Shown: one piece after another, positions 30,201 through 40,763 of the stretch | How positions within the stretch are numbered: position 1 is the stretch's first letter | Layout: each line of letters begins with the position of its first letter | Assembly: GCA_964016885.1 (NCBI GenBank) | Contig: OZ024742.1 | Location: 227,602,001-227,666,000 of the forward strand | Reading direction: 5' to 3' | DNA: 64,000 nt | DNA from: Eledone cirrhosa | Lineage: Eukaryota | Program-made: the position numbers and the translations under genes | Notes under the pieces: generated by a model | Told to the model about the DNA's origin: nothing | Seen by the model: the letters and a program-made list of their open reading frames with translations, nothing else | Database searches by the model: none

Positions 30201-32070
30201 TTCTCTCCAACATGTTTTGTCTCAGATCAAGATAACAAATCCTATGTAGGTCTCTGCAATATGTTTAGTCACAGATCAAGATAACGTCCTATCTAGGTCT
30301 CTCCAACATGTTTAGTCTCAGACCAAATAACATGTCCAATCTAGGTCTCTCCAACATGTTTAGTCACAGACCAAGATAACATGTCCTATCTAGGTCTCTC
30401 CAACATGTTTAGTCACAGACCAAGATAAAATGTCCTATCTAGGTCTCTCTAATATGTTTAGTCACAGGCCAAGATAACATGTCCTATCCTGGTCTCTGCA
30501 ATATGTTTAGTCACAGACCAAGATAACATGTCCTATCTAGGTCTCTGCAATATATTTAGTCACAAACCAAGATAACATGTCCTATCAAGGTCTCTCCAAC
30601 ATGTTTAGTCTCAGACCAAGATAACCTGTCCTATGTAGGTCTCTCCAATATGTTTAGTCACATACCAAGATAAGATGTCCTATCTAGGTCTCTCCAACAT
30701 GTTTAGTCAGAGACCAAGATAACATGTCCAATCTAGGCCTCTCCCACATGTTTAATCACAGACCAAGATAACATGTGCTATCTAGGTCTCTCCCATATCT
30801 TTAGTCACAGACCAAGATAACATGTCCTATGTAGGTCTCTCCAACATGTTTAGTCACAGACCAAGATAACATGTCCTATCTAGGTCTCTCCAATATATTT
30901 AATCACAGACGAAGATAACATGTACTACCTAGATCTCTCCAATATGTTTAGTCACAGACCAAGATAACATGTCCTATCTAGGTCTCTTCAACATGTTTAG
31001 TCACAGACCAACATAACATGTCCTATCTAGCTCTCTCCAACATGTTTAGTCTCACATCAAGATAACAAATCCTATGTAGATCTTTGCAATATGTTTAGTC
31101 ACAAACCAAGATAACATGTCCCACGTAGGTCTTCCCAAAATGTTTAATCACAGACCAGGATAACATGTCCTATCTAGGTCTCTCCAATATGTTTAGTCAC
31201 AGACCAAGATCACATGTCCTATCTAGGTCAATCCAACATATTTAGTCACAGACCTTGTTAACATGTCCATTCTAGGTCTCTCCAATATGTTTAGTCACAG
31301 ACCAAGATCACATGTCGTATCTAGGTGTCTCCAATATGTTTAGTCACAGACCAAGACAACATGTCCTATCTAGGTCTCTCCAATATGTTTAGTTACAAAC
31401 CAAGATAACATGTACAATCTAGGTCTCTCAGATATATTTAGTCACAGACCAAGACAACATGTCCAAACTAGGTCTCTGCAATATGTTTAGTTACAGACCA
31501 AGATAATATGTCCTATCTAGGTCTCACCAACATGTTTAGTCACAGACCAAGATAACATATCCAATCTAGGTCTCTCCAATATATTTAGTCACAGACCAAG
31601 ATAACATGTCCTATCTAGGTCTCTCCAATATATTTTGTCACAGACCAAGATAACATGTCCTATCTAGGTCTCTCCAATATGTTTAGTCACAAACCAAGAT
31701 AGCATGTCATCTCTAGGTCTCTCCAGCATGTTTAGTCTCACATCAAGATAACAAATCCTATGTAGATCTTTGCAATATATTTAGTCACAGACCAAGATAA
31801 CATGTCCTATCTAGGTCTCTACAATATGTTTAGTCACAGACCAAGATAACATGTCCTATCTAGGTCTCTCCAATATGTTTAGTCACAAACCAAGATAGCA
31901 TGTCATCTCTAGGTCTCTCCAGCATGTTTAGTCTCACATCAAGATAACAAATCCTATGTAGATCTTTGCAATATATTTAGTCACAGACCAAGATAACATG
32001 TCCTATCTAGGTCTCTACAATATGTTTAGTCACAGACCAAGATAACATGTCCTATCTAGGTCTCTCCAAT
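15280..32070. repeat. ~8.4-kb (~171-monomer) near-identical higher-order tandem duplication in the satellite
   Basis: Variants recur at offset 8394 (TAATTCTCTCCAGC 15367/23761; CGATCTAGG 15607/24001). The offset becomes 8345 after loss of one monomer (TCTTGGACTC 20821/29166). Confidence 0.92.
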
Positions 32071-32904
32071 ATGTTTAGTCACCAACCAAGATAACATGTC
32101 CCACGTAGGTCTCCCCAAATTGTTTAATCACAGACCAAGATAACATGTCCTATCTAGGTCTCTCCAATATTTTTAGTCACAGACCAAGATCACATGTCCT
32201 ATCTAGGTCTCTCCAACATATTTAGTCACAGACCAAGCTAACATGTCCAATCTAGGTCTCTCCAATATGTTTAGTCACAGACCAAAATAACATGTCCTAT
32301 CTAGGTCTCTCCAACATGTTTAGTCACAGACCAAGATAACATGTCCTAAGTAGATCTCTCCAATATGTTTAGTCACAGACCAATATAACATGTCCTATCT
32401 AGGTTTCGCCAACTTGTTTAATCACAGACCAAGATAACACGTCCTATCTCGGTCTCTCCAATATGTTTAGTAACAGACCATGATAACATGTCCTATCTAG
32501 CTCTCCCCAACATGTTTAATCACAGACCAAGATAACACGTCCTATCTCGGTCTCTCCAATATGTTTAGTAATAGACCAAGATAACATGTCCTATCTAGGT
32601 CTCTCCAACATGTTTAGTCACAAACCAAGATAACATGTACTACCTAGATCTCTCCAATATGTTTAGTCACAGACCAAGATAACATGTCCTATCTAGGTCT
32701 CGCCAACTTGTTTAGTCACATACCAAGATAACATGTCCTATCTAGGTCTCTCCAACATGTTTAGTCACAGACCAAGATAACATGTCCTATCTAGGTCTGT
32801 CCAATATGTTTAGTCACAGACCAAGATAACATGTCCTATCTAGGTCTCGCCAACTTGTTTAATCACAGACCAAGGTAACATGTCCTATCTAGGTCCCACA
32901 ACAG

Positions 32905-32975
32905 TTTTAATCACAAACCAAGATAACATGTCCAATCTATGCCAGCATGGAAAGTGGGATTAAAATGGTGATGAA
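32905..32975 (+). mobile_element. Retroposon (RTE-partner SINE) 3' tail capping the satellite
   Basis: TGTCCAATCTATGCCAGCATGGAAAGTGGGATTAAAATGGTGATGA matches the tail seen at 36335-36397, 39541-39585 and 43718-43778. Confidence 0.8.
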
Positions 32976-33038
32976 TACCATTATTTTTTTTTCTGTTGGT
33001 TTATCATGAGGCTTATTGTTTTGCACTATTTTTATTCG

Positions 33039-33228
33039 GGCAGTGGATTGGCAGTTTCAGTAGAGGGTCGGACGCCATGTTTTTTAACATAGTTACGTCC
33101 CTTTACGATCTGAGTTCAAATCCCGCCGAGGTTGACTTTGCCTTTCATCCTTACGGGGTCGATAAAATAAAGTACCAGTAATACACTGGGTAATTGCTGG
33201 CATTGTGCCTAAAGTAGAAACAATTATT
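33039..33228 (+). mobile_element. tRNA-derived SINE (octopus OK-like family)
   Basis: A-box-like GGATTGGCAGT head, B-box-like GAGTTCAAATCC, central GACTTTGCCTTTCATCCTTACGGGGTCGATAAAA block and AGAAACAATTATT end. Near-identical to 33449 and 62318. The family name is from memory. Confidence 0.85.
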
Positions 33229-33448
33229 TTATTTGGGAATGTTGCTTTTTTTATTAGTTACTTAAAGCATCGTGCTCATTAAAATAAAATCCATTTTAAT
33301 AATATTTTTTTTCATTTAATGACGTTTGGTTCATATATGTAGATGAATTAATTTTTGCATTATTTTTGCTTCTTTGGTACAGAATAGCGATGTGATAGGG
33401 TATTCAAAAACAATTAAATGTCTTTATTTCCGCCATTATTATACACTG

Positions 33449-33675
33449 GGCGGTGGATTGGCAGTATCGGTAGAGGGTCGGACGCCATGCTTTCCAGCAT
33501 AGTTACGTCCCTTTACGATCTGAGTTCAAATCCCGCCGAGGTTGACTTTGCCTTTCATCCTTACGGGGTAGATAAAATAAAGTACCAGTAATGCACTGGG
33601 TAATTGCTGGCCTTGTGCCTAAAGTAGAAACAATTATTATACACTGATTTTGCCAAAAGTAGAAACAATTATTAT
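33449..33675 (+). mobile_element. Full-length OK-like SINE plus a second short 3'-end stub
   Basis: Same consensus as 33039. ATTATTATACACTG is repeated at 33435, 33633 and 33668 (TSDs). Confidence 0.9.
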
Positions 33676-33914
33676 ACACTGATTTATTCAGATTAGTGTC
33701 ACTATTTTAGTTGTTTTAGCTGTTGTACCCTCTGGTGATCTTCAGAGGAATTATCATTATTGTGCACTAAACTATTCAGACTAGTGTCCTCAATTTGGTT
33801 GTTATAGTCACAATGTTTTCACTGTTGTACCCTCTGGCCATCTTTAAGTGCAAGAACATTGACTATAACAACTAATATAAGTACACTAGCTCGAATATAT
33901 CAGTTTATAATAAA

Positions 33915-34105
33915 TGTTTCAACATTTTGCACAAGGCCAGCAAAAAAGGGAAAGTCGATTAAATCAACGCCAACATGAAACTGGTATTTTATTTTATCAA
34001 CCCCAGAAAGATGACAGGAAAAGTTGACCCCAATGGGATTTGAACTCAGAACAAATATTGAAAAGTGTTAGTCCAATGTTCTACCAACCCTGCCAATCCA
34101 CCACT
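33915..34105 (-). mobile_element. Degenerate OK-like SINE
   Basis: The reverse complement contains GGTGGATTGGCAG...TTCTGAGTTCAAATCCC...GTCAACTTTTCCTGTCATC...GCCTTGTGCAAAA. Confidence 0.7.
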
Positions 34106-34444
34106 CTTATATTAGTTTATAATAATAATAAATTCCTCATCTCAGAAATTCAGACAAAAATCTTTTGTATTTTTATTTAGTTCCATTGTAGAAATATGCT
34201 GCTAGCAAACTAGTAAAACTTTTACAGCGATTCAGGTTATGTGAAGTAACTATTGATATGATTAGTTGAGGGAGAGAAAGATCTATCGGGGTTTTATATA
34301 ATAAATTATACAAAGCATCTTTGAAATTTTTTAAGTTGATTTGGTTCATATATTTTCTGGAAAGAGAAACAATACATTAAAATATTTCTGATGTTTCCAG
34401 TACAGAAGTTCATTTTAATCAATCAGTTAATCAATCAATCAATT

Positions 34445-34692
34445 AATCATCAACATCATCATCATCATTATCATCACCACCACCACCACCACCACCACCA
34501 CTGTATTGGAAAACAAAACTATCAAACTCATGCAAGTATGGAAAAACAGACATAAAATGATGATGATAATGGTGGTGGTGGTGGTGGTGCATAAACATAG
34601 ACATACACAAACATAGACACACACATATATATATGTAACACATACACATACAAATACAGTATATATATATATATATATATATACATATACAT
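34445..34692. repeat. Microsatellite cluster: (CAT)n, (CAC)n, (GGT)n, (TA)n, with a degenerate SINE tail at ~34520-34570
   Basis: Simple repeats are directly visible. Confidence 0.85.
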
Positions 34693-34861
34693 ATGCACAC
34701 AAACACACAAAACACATCCTATCCATGCATATCGTGGTTTTCAAAATAGGCGCAATATCTTTGATAGAGGTGTGTAAAAAACCTGGTGTGACTGTCTGAA
34801 AAGACCCTGTCCAGCCTATGTCATCATGGAAAAATGAATGTAAAAATGATGATGATGATAT

Positions 34862-34952
34862 CTCATCATCATTTTATATCCACTTTCCATGGTTGCATGT
34901 GTTAGATGGGTTGTCATGGTCTGAGATTAGAAAGGTCAGGCAACATGTCATG
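34862..34952 (-). mobile_element. RTE-partner SINE 3' fragment
   Basis: Reverse complement reads TAATCTCAGACCATGACAACCCATCTAACACATGCAACCATGGAAAGTGGATATAAAATGATGATGA. Confidence 0.7.
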
Positions 34953-34957
34953 TTCAT

Positions 34958-35220
34958 ATCATCATCATCATCATCATCATCATTTTACGTCCACTCTTCC
35001 CTGCTTGCAAGGGTGGGACGGGTCTTATTCAGCACAGCATCTCTCCACTTGTCACGGTCCTTCTTCATCTCCACCGTGAGCTTCAGCGATCTGAGGTCTG
35101 TTCTCAATACCTTCGCCCATGTTTTTCGTGGTCTACCTCTACTACATCTTCCTTCCACTGGCATTTCCTGGCACTTCTTTACCCATCGGTCATCCTCCAT
35201 GCGCATCACATGTCCATACC
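34958..35220 (-). mobile_element. RTE-clade LINE 3'-terminal fragment with (ATG)n tail
   Basis: Encodes WYGHVMRMEDDRWVKKC...GRCSRGRPRKTW...DRDKWR, typical of the RTE ORF C-terminus. The stop is followed immediately by (TGA)n. Confidence 0.9.
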
Positions 35221-35317
35221 ATATATATATATATACAGGGTGTCCCCCAAAAATGTATACAAACTTCAACAGCAAAAAAAATGCATTAAAATAAATTCTG
35301 TTTTATATGCATATGGA

Positions 35318-35390
35318 GGTCAATAAAATAAAACACCAGTAATGCACTAGGGTAATTGCTGGCCTTGTGCCAAAAGAAGAAACAATTATT
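35318..35390 (+). mobile_element. 5'-truncated OK-like SINE
   Basis: ACCAGTAATGCACTAGGGTAATTGCTGGCCTTGTGCCAAAAGAAGAAACAATTATT. Confidence 0.75.
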
Positions 35391-35550
35391 TAAATTATGT
35401 AAACATTTTTGGGGTGTTTACATAAAATTAAATTATGTCTGTAGATCATTTTATTTGGGGAAAAGGCTGTGAATTCTAATAAATATTGCCTGTATAGGTA
35501 ATCAAAGTGTGTATGTATTTTGGGGGGACACCATGTGTGTGTGTATATAT

Positions 35551-35930
35551 ATCATCATCATTATCATCATCGTCATCATTATTTCCCATCCTCGTTACTG
35601 AAGGTCGGAGACCATGGACAATTGCACCAATGTTCTCCACTAGCTCCTTACCCTCGCCTTCACCACAACCATGCACTTCGCCAGTGTTCATCCTGGTCAC
35701 TTGCTGATGTCATCTCTAAAGTGTCTTCTTTGTATTCCTCTCAATCTTCTGCCATTGATGCATCCCTCCAGGATGTGGCTGCAGAGGTTCTAAGCCCTGA
35801 TGATATGGCTAAAGTATTGTAGTTATCACTTCCTTATGGTCACAACTATTTGCCTCTCTATTCACACCTCCTCCAGTTTTGTAACCTATCCAGCTGATGT
35901 GCAGTGTCTGCCTGTAACATGTTGTTTCAA
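35551..35930 (-). mobile_element. Degenerate 3' fragment of a second RTE (BovB-like) LINE family
   Basis: Manual minus-strand translation gives FETTCYRQTLHISW...LQYFSHIIRA*NLCSHILEGCINGRRLRGIQRRHFRDDI, resembling the RTE motifs FEMWCYRRMLRISW / LxYFGHI / ILEGxIxGxRxRGR. It ends in an (ATG)n tail. Confidence 0.75.
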
Positions 35931-35934
35931 ATTA

Positions 35935-36397
35935 CATCTGTAAAATTGTTGTGTAGGTGTCACAATAAAAATCACCCAGCCCACACTGTAAAGTGGTTGT
36001 GTAGGTGTCACGACAAAAAGCACCCAGTCCACACTGTAAAGTGGTCATGTAGGTGTCACGACAAAAAGCACCCAGTACACACTGTAAAGTGGTCATGTAG
36101 GTGTCACGACAAAAAACACCCAGTACACACTGTAAAGTGGTCATGTAGGTGTCACGACAAAAAGCACCCAGTACACACTGTAAAGTGGTTGTGTAGGTGT
36201 CACGACAAAAAGCACCCAGTACTCACTGTAAATGAGATTGGCGTTAGGAAGGGCATCCAGCTGTAGAAACCAAAATCAGTTCTGTTTGAGCAAGACATGG
36301 TCACCTCACCTAGCCTTCCCCACAACAGGACAACTTGTCTAAACCATGCTAGTGTGGAAAAATGGACGTAAAACAGTGATGATGATGATGATGATGA
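35935..36397 (+). mobile_element. Non-autonomous retroposon with ~6 internal 48-bp tandem units and an RTE-type tail
   Basis: Units of CACCCAGTACACACTGTAAAGTGGTCATGTAGGTGTCACGACAAAAAG, then GGCGTTAGGAAGGGCATCCAGCTGTAGAAACC, then the tail CCATGCTAGTGTGGAAAAATGGACGTAAAAC(GAT)n. Confidence 0.85.
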
Positions 36398-36414
36398 CAT
36401 ATATTAATATATAT

Positions 36415-38095
36415 GCCCCATGCAGATCCTACGGAGAGACCAGTTAAAAAAGTTGACAACAGTTTCATAGATAAAGCAATTAAGGCCTTGAAAGTAGGGA
36501 AAGCAGCTGACATAATCACTGAGATGCTAAAAGCATCTAGCATAGTAGGATACAAGCTAGTCAGATGCATAGTTCATCAAGTAGTGCAGGATGGTGTCAT
36601 ACCCAATGACTGGTGCAGCAGTATCATTGTAAATTGTTACAAGGGCAAAGGGTATGCACTGAAGAGAAGTAACTATAGAGGCATCATGTTGAGGGACCAA
36701 GTCATAAAAGTTACTGAAAGGGTTATAACACAGCTAATTAGGGACAGAATCAGGTTAGATGAGATGCAGTTCAGATTTATGCCAGGTAGGGGCACAACTG
36801 AGGCCCTCTTTCTAGTGAGACAACTACAGGAGAAGTATTTAGGTAAGAGTAAGCCACAGTATCTAGCATTTGTTGATCTGGAGAAGGCCTTTTCCAGGGT
36901 CCCACATTCTATAATCTTCTAGGCACTTAGGAAGCTAGGTGTAGACAAATGACTTGTGAGGGCCGTACAGGCCATGTAGAGAGGAGCAAAAAGCAGAGTG
37001 AGAGTTGGCAATGAGTACAGTGATGAATTTGAAGCGCAGGTGGAGGTTCACCAGAGATCCGTCCTCAGTTCACTTTTGTTTATCAGTGTGCTTCAGGCCA
37101 TCACTGAGGAGTTTAAAACTGGCCCTCCATGGGAGCTCCTATATACTGATGGCCTAGTCCTCATAGGTGAATCCTTAGGAGAATTGGAAGCAAAATTTCA
37201 AGCATGGAAGAAGAATCTATAGTTGAAAGGCCTAAAAGGAAAATTTAGCAAAGACGAAAATTTTAATAAGTAGAAAAGAAGACAGGAAGGTGGTATCATC
37301 AGGAAAGTGGCCTTGTTCGATATCTCAGAAAATTGGGGGAGGAAATTCCATAAGGTGCACACTATGTAAATTATGTGTGCACAAGAGATGTAATGGGATT
37401 GTAGGTAGGCTAATGGAAAAGATAAACTTTATATGTGGCAGATGTACAGGGGAAGTAAACACAAAGCACACGTGAAACAGATTCCCCCAGCTGCCAGGGG
37501 GACTCCAAAGAAGTTGTTGATAGCTTTCACTACCTAGACAATCAAATTAGTATTGGAGGAAGATGTGCTGAAAGTGTGACAGCTAGGATAAGAATAGGCT
37601 AGAAGAAGTTTATAGATCTTTTGTTGTTGCTAACAACAAAATACCTTTCTCTCAGAGTAAAGGGTAAACTATATGATGCCTGTATGTGAACTGCTATGCC
37701 ACATGGCAGTGAAACATAGGCCTTGTCTGCAGAATACCTGCGGAGGCTAGAGAAAAAATGAGTTGAGTATGTTTCGATGGATGTGTAATGTTAGTGTGCA
37801 CGAGCAACATAGAATAAGCAAACTGAGAGAAAAATTTCACATTAGAGGAATTGGATGTAATTTGCAAGAGAGAAGACTGCATTGTTATGGACATGTGATG
37901 TGCATGGAAGATAACAGTTGCATAAAGAAATGCAGAGAAACCCCAGCTGCTGGCACTTGTGAAAGAGGTAGACCCAGAAAGACATGGGATGAGGTTGTGA
38001 AGACCAACCTTAAAAAAACTAAACCTCACAACAGAAATGACTAAATACCATGAGGGCTGGTACTATACAATGCTGAGGAAGACCCAACCTCCAGC
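36415..38095 (+). pseudogene. 5'-truncated, inactivated RTE-clade LINE reverse transcriptase with an embedded PHD-like finger
   Basis: ORF pieces carry RT motifs IPNDW..YKGKG..NYRGI, QFRFMPGRGTTEA, AFVDLEKAF, VHQRSVLS (QGSVLSP), LLYTDGLV (decayed YADD) and the C-terminal GRPRKTW. Multiple stops and frameshifts. Confidence 0.92.
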
Positions 38096-38169
38096 ATACA
38101 ATGTGACCTGACCTATTCCCATGCCCCTGCCTCCACTATCCTCAACATCACTTCAACCCCACCATGCAT

Positions 38170-38598
38170 GTCCCCTTCATTCCTAGTAGCTGACCCAGCC
38201 CTCCTCTGAAGCAGTTGGTGTTGGGAAGGGCATTCTGTCAAGGAGGTTAAACAAACAAAGGGACCCTTCAGTTGTGTCAAAGACATGACAGCCTCTTTAG
38301 TGTTTGGTGCCCTACACAATAAACACACCCAGTACATGCTGTAAAGTGGTTGGTGATAGGAAGTGCATCTGGTCGTAAAAATCTTGCCAAACAAAAGGGT
38401 TTAGAGGACTCTCAGTTGTGTCAAAGACATTATGACCTGTCTCATGCACTCAAAGTAGCATCAGCCATACATAAAGCAAGAGACAGTTCCCTGGCCTGCC
38501 TGGGAGATTAGTTGCTCTGCTTCAGTACTGACTTGGTCTATGTAGACCCTTCCAACCCTTGCTAGCCAGGAAAATGGAAATTAAAACAACAATGATGA
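38170..38598 (+). mobile_element. Degenerate RTE-partner SINE remnants
   Basis: GTTGGTGTTGGGAAGGGCATTC and CACCCAGTACATGCTGTAAAGTGGTTGG blocks, plus the tail CCAACCCTTGCTAGCCAGGAAAATGGAAATTAAAAC. Confidence 0.6.
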
Positions 38599-38610
38599 TA
38601 TATATATATA

Positions 38611-39016
38611 GCCCACACTGTAAAGTGGTCATGTAAGAGTCATGACAAAAGCACCCAGCGCACACTGTAAAGTGGTTGTGTAGGAGTCATGACAAAAAGC
38701 ATACACCCCACACTGTGAAGTGGTCCTGTAGGAGTCACAACAAAAAGCGCTCGGACCACACTGTAAAGTAGTTGTGTAGGTGTCATGACAAAAAGCGCCC
38801 AGCCCATACTGTGAAGTGGTCATGTAGGAGTCACAACAAAAAACACCCAGCACACACTATAAATGTGGATGGCATTAGGAAGGGCATCCAGTCATAGAAA
38901 CCAACCAAGAAACAGTTCTGTGTGAGCAAGATATGCTTACCTGACCCAACTTGCCCCAAACGGGACAACCCGTCTAACCCATGCTAACATGGGAAAATGG
39001 GCGTTAAACGGTGATG
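38611..39016 (+). mobile_element. Retroposon with ~5 diverged 48-bp units and an RTE-type tail
   Basis: Same architecture as 35935-36397. Confidence 0.8.
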
Positions 39017-39129
39017 AATTCATGTAGGATAGTCATAACTCCAAACTGAATCAGACAGTAAATATCTGTCCAACCCATGCTAGCATGGAATGCAGATATA
39101 AAATGCTGCTGCTGTTGATAATTATGATG

Positions 39130-39333
39130 ATTTTTATATGCTTGGACAGGCTATTTTATTCTTTTGTCATCTCCTCTCCGAAGTTCAGCATTTTGATATC
39201 TATCCTCACCAGTATTGCACAAGTCTTCATCATTCTTCCTCTATTGCAGCTTCTTTCTCCTGGGAGCTCTTGGCACTTCTTCACCTAATGATCATTATCC
39301 ATATGCATCACATATCCATACCAGTGCAATCTT
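39130..39333 (-). mobile_element. Degenerate RTE LINE 3' fragment
   Basis: Aligns by eye with 35020-35220 (TGGCACTTCTT...TCCATATGCATCACATATCCATACCA). Confidence 0.7.
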
Positions 39334-39334
39334 T

Positions 39335-39585
39335 GTAAAGTGTTAGTGCCGGTACTGTGACAAAATGCACTCAGTCCGCTCTCTAAAGTGGGAGTATTGG
39401 TGTCACGTAAAAGCACTCAGTACATTCTGTAAGGTGATTGCTATTAGGTAATGAATCCAGCCATAGAAACCGTGCTAAATATGGAATGTAATGAGCAAGA
39501 TTTGTTGCTCTGGCGCATCTGATTTTAGACCATGACAACCTATCCAACCCATGCCAGCTTGGAAAATGGACATGGTGATGATGAT
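39335..39585 (+). mobile_element. Degenerate RTE-partner SINE
   Basis: GCACTCAGTACATTCTGTAAGGTG...ATCCAGCCATAGAAACC...AGACCATGACAACCTATCCAACCCATGCCAGCTTGGAAAATGGAC. Confidence 0.7.
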
Positions 39586-40053
39586 ATATACACACTTGGA
39601 TATCTACACAATTGTGTAAAGTGGTTGGTGATAGGAAGGGCATCCAGCTGCTGAAAGTTTGCAAACAAAGAGTCAGAAGGACTCTTCACTTGTGTCAAAG
39701 AGATGACAACCTCCCTAATGTTTAGTAAACTACATCATGAATACACACAGTACACTCTGTAAAGTGTTTGGTGATAGAAAGGATCAGGGTGACTCTTCAG
39801 TTGTGTCAAAAACATGACAATCTCCCTAGTTGGTGCCACAGTAAAATGCATTTGGTAGAGTAATGGAACATCTGTGAGATGCAGGCCTTCAGCCCATCTG
39901 AGAGATCAATAGCTCCATTTGAGTTCTGACTCAGTCAAATGAAGATAATGATGACATATATATATATATACATACACTCTAATATTAATACATATACACA
40001 TATATATACACAAATAGTTACAACTGTACTGACTGTACTGTAGTAAACTGTTA

Positions 40054-40661
40054 TCTATATATATAAAACTGAGGATGTCTGTGTGTGTGAGTTTGAATCC
40101 CTAAAACTCGAGAAGTACTCAACTGATTTTTTTTCAAACTTTATATGTGTATTACTTATGTTTCAGGGAGTGTTTTGCACATAAAAAATTCAACTTTTTG
40201 ATCCCCTAGAGCCCGCATTAGGTGAAAAACTGCATTTATTCAGCTTTTTTAGGCATTATGTCAGACCGATTTCCTTGAAATTGTATCTATCTATTAGTCA
40301 GTCTCTTCTTCATACCGTGAGCAAAGAAAAACTTTTTTATGGCATAGGGCCCGCATTAGGTGAAAAGCTTCATTTTTTCAGCTTTTTAAGGCTTTTTTGA
40401 GGCGTTACGTCTAGCCGATTTTCCCGATATTTCAAGGCATATTATGCACATTAAAAAAATTCATTTTCTTGATCTCATTAGGTGAAAACCTGCATTTTTC
40501 CTGCTTCATCGAGGAAAATCTTAAAGATTATCCAGCCATCAGAGTATTCGGTTTATTTTCTTTACATATTGTCCAGGCATGCAGTTTTTCCACGATTAGG
40601 TCTTTTGGCGGCCCTCGTTCCAAAATACCTTATCCCATGCAATGCTGGGTACCACTGCTAG
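40054..40661 (+). mobile_element. Non-autonomous Helitron
   Basis: Starts with TC after an A (40053) and ends in CTAG before a T (40662). Subterminal hairpin CCCATGCAATGCTGGG lies just upstream of CTAG. No TSD. Internal ~130-140-bp repeats (CATTAGGTGAAAA three times). Confidence 0.8.
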
Positions 40662-40763
40662 TATATATATATAAATATAGTACAACATATCTACAATATG
40701 GCTGTCTTTGTCTGTCTCCCACAAACTGCTGTTATATATCTAAACTAAAGTCTATCTTAAGCT

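Larger units (their letters stand above)
1..32936. repeat. 49-bp tandem satellite DNA, ~670 monomers, open at the left edge of the window
   Basis: Consensus GATAACATGTCCTATCTAGGTCTCTCCAA(T/C)ATGTTTAGTCACAGACCAA recurs at a 49-bp period (positions 1, 50, ...) in one orientation. Monomers differ by scattered substitutions and small deletions, with no unique spacers. Confidence 0.98.

Noticed and set aside
1-32936. CRISPR array or coding repeat in the 49-bp satellite (ORFs 259-447, 4010-4210)
   Set aside because: There are no unique spacers and no cas genes, the context is eukaryotic, and 49 is not a multiple of 3, so the ORFs are chance.
33039-33130. tRNA genes at SINE heads
   Set aside because: Only A/B-box remnants are present, with no cloverleaf, and they continue into SINE bodies.
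34439-34744. Poly-His/Gly/Val ORFs
   Set aside because: Translations of microsatellites. The same applies to ORFs at 44149, 60668, 62551-62937 and 63547-63980.
35904-36266. Similar repeat ORFs (CRCHDKKHPVHTVKW)
   Set aside because: Same minisatellite artefact.
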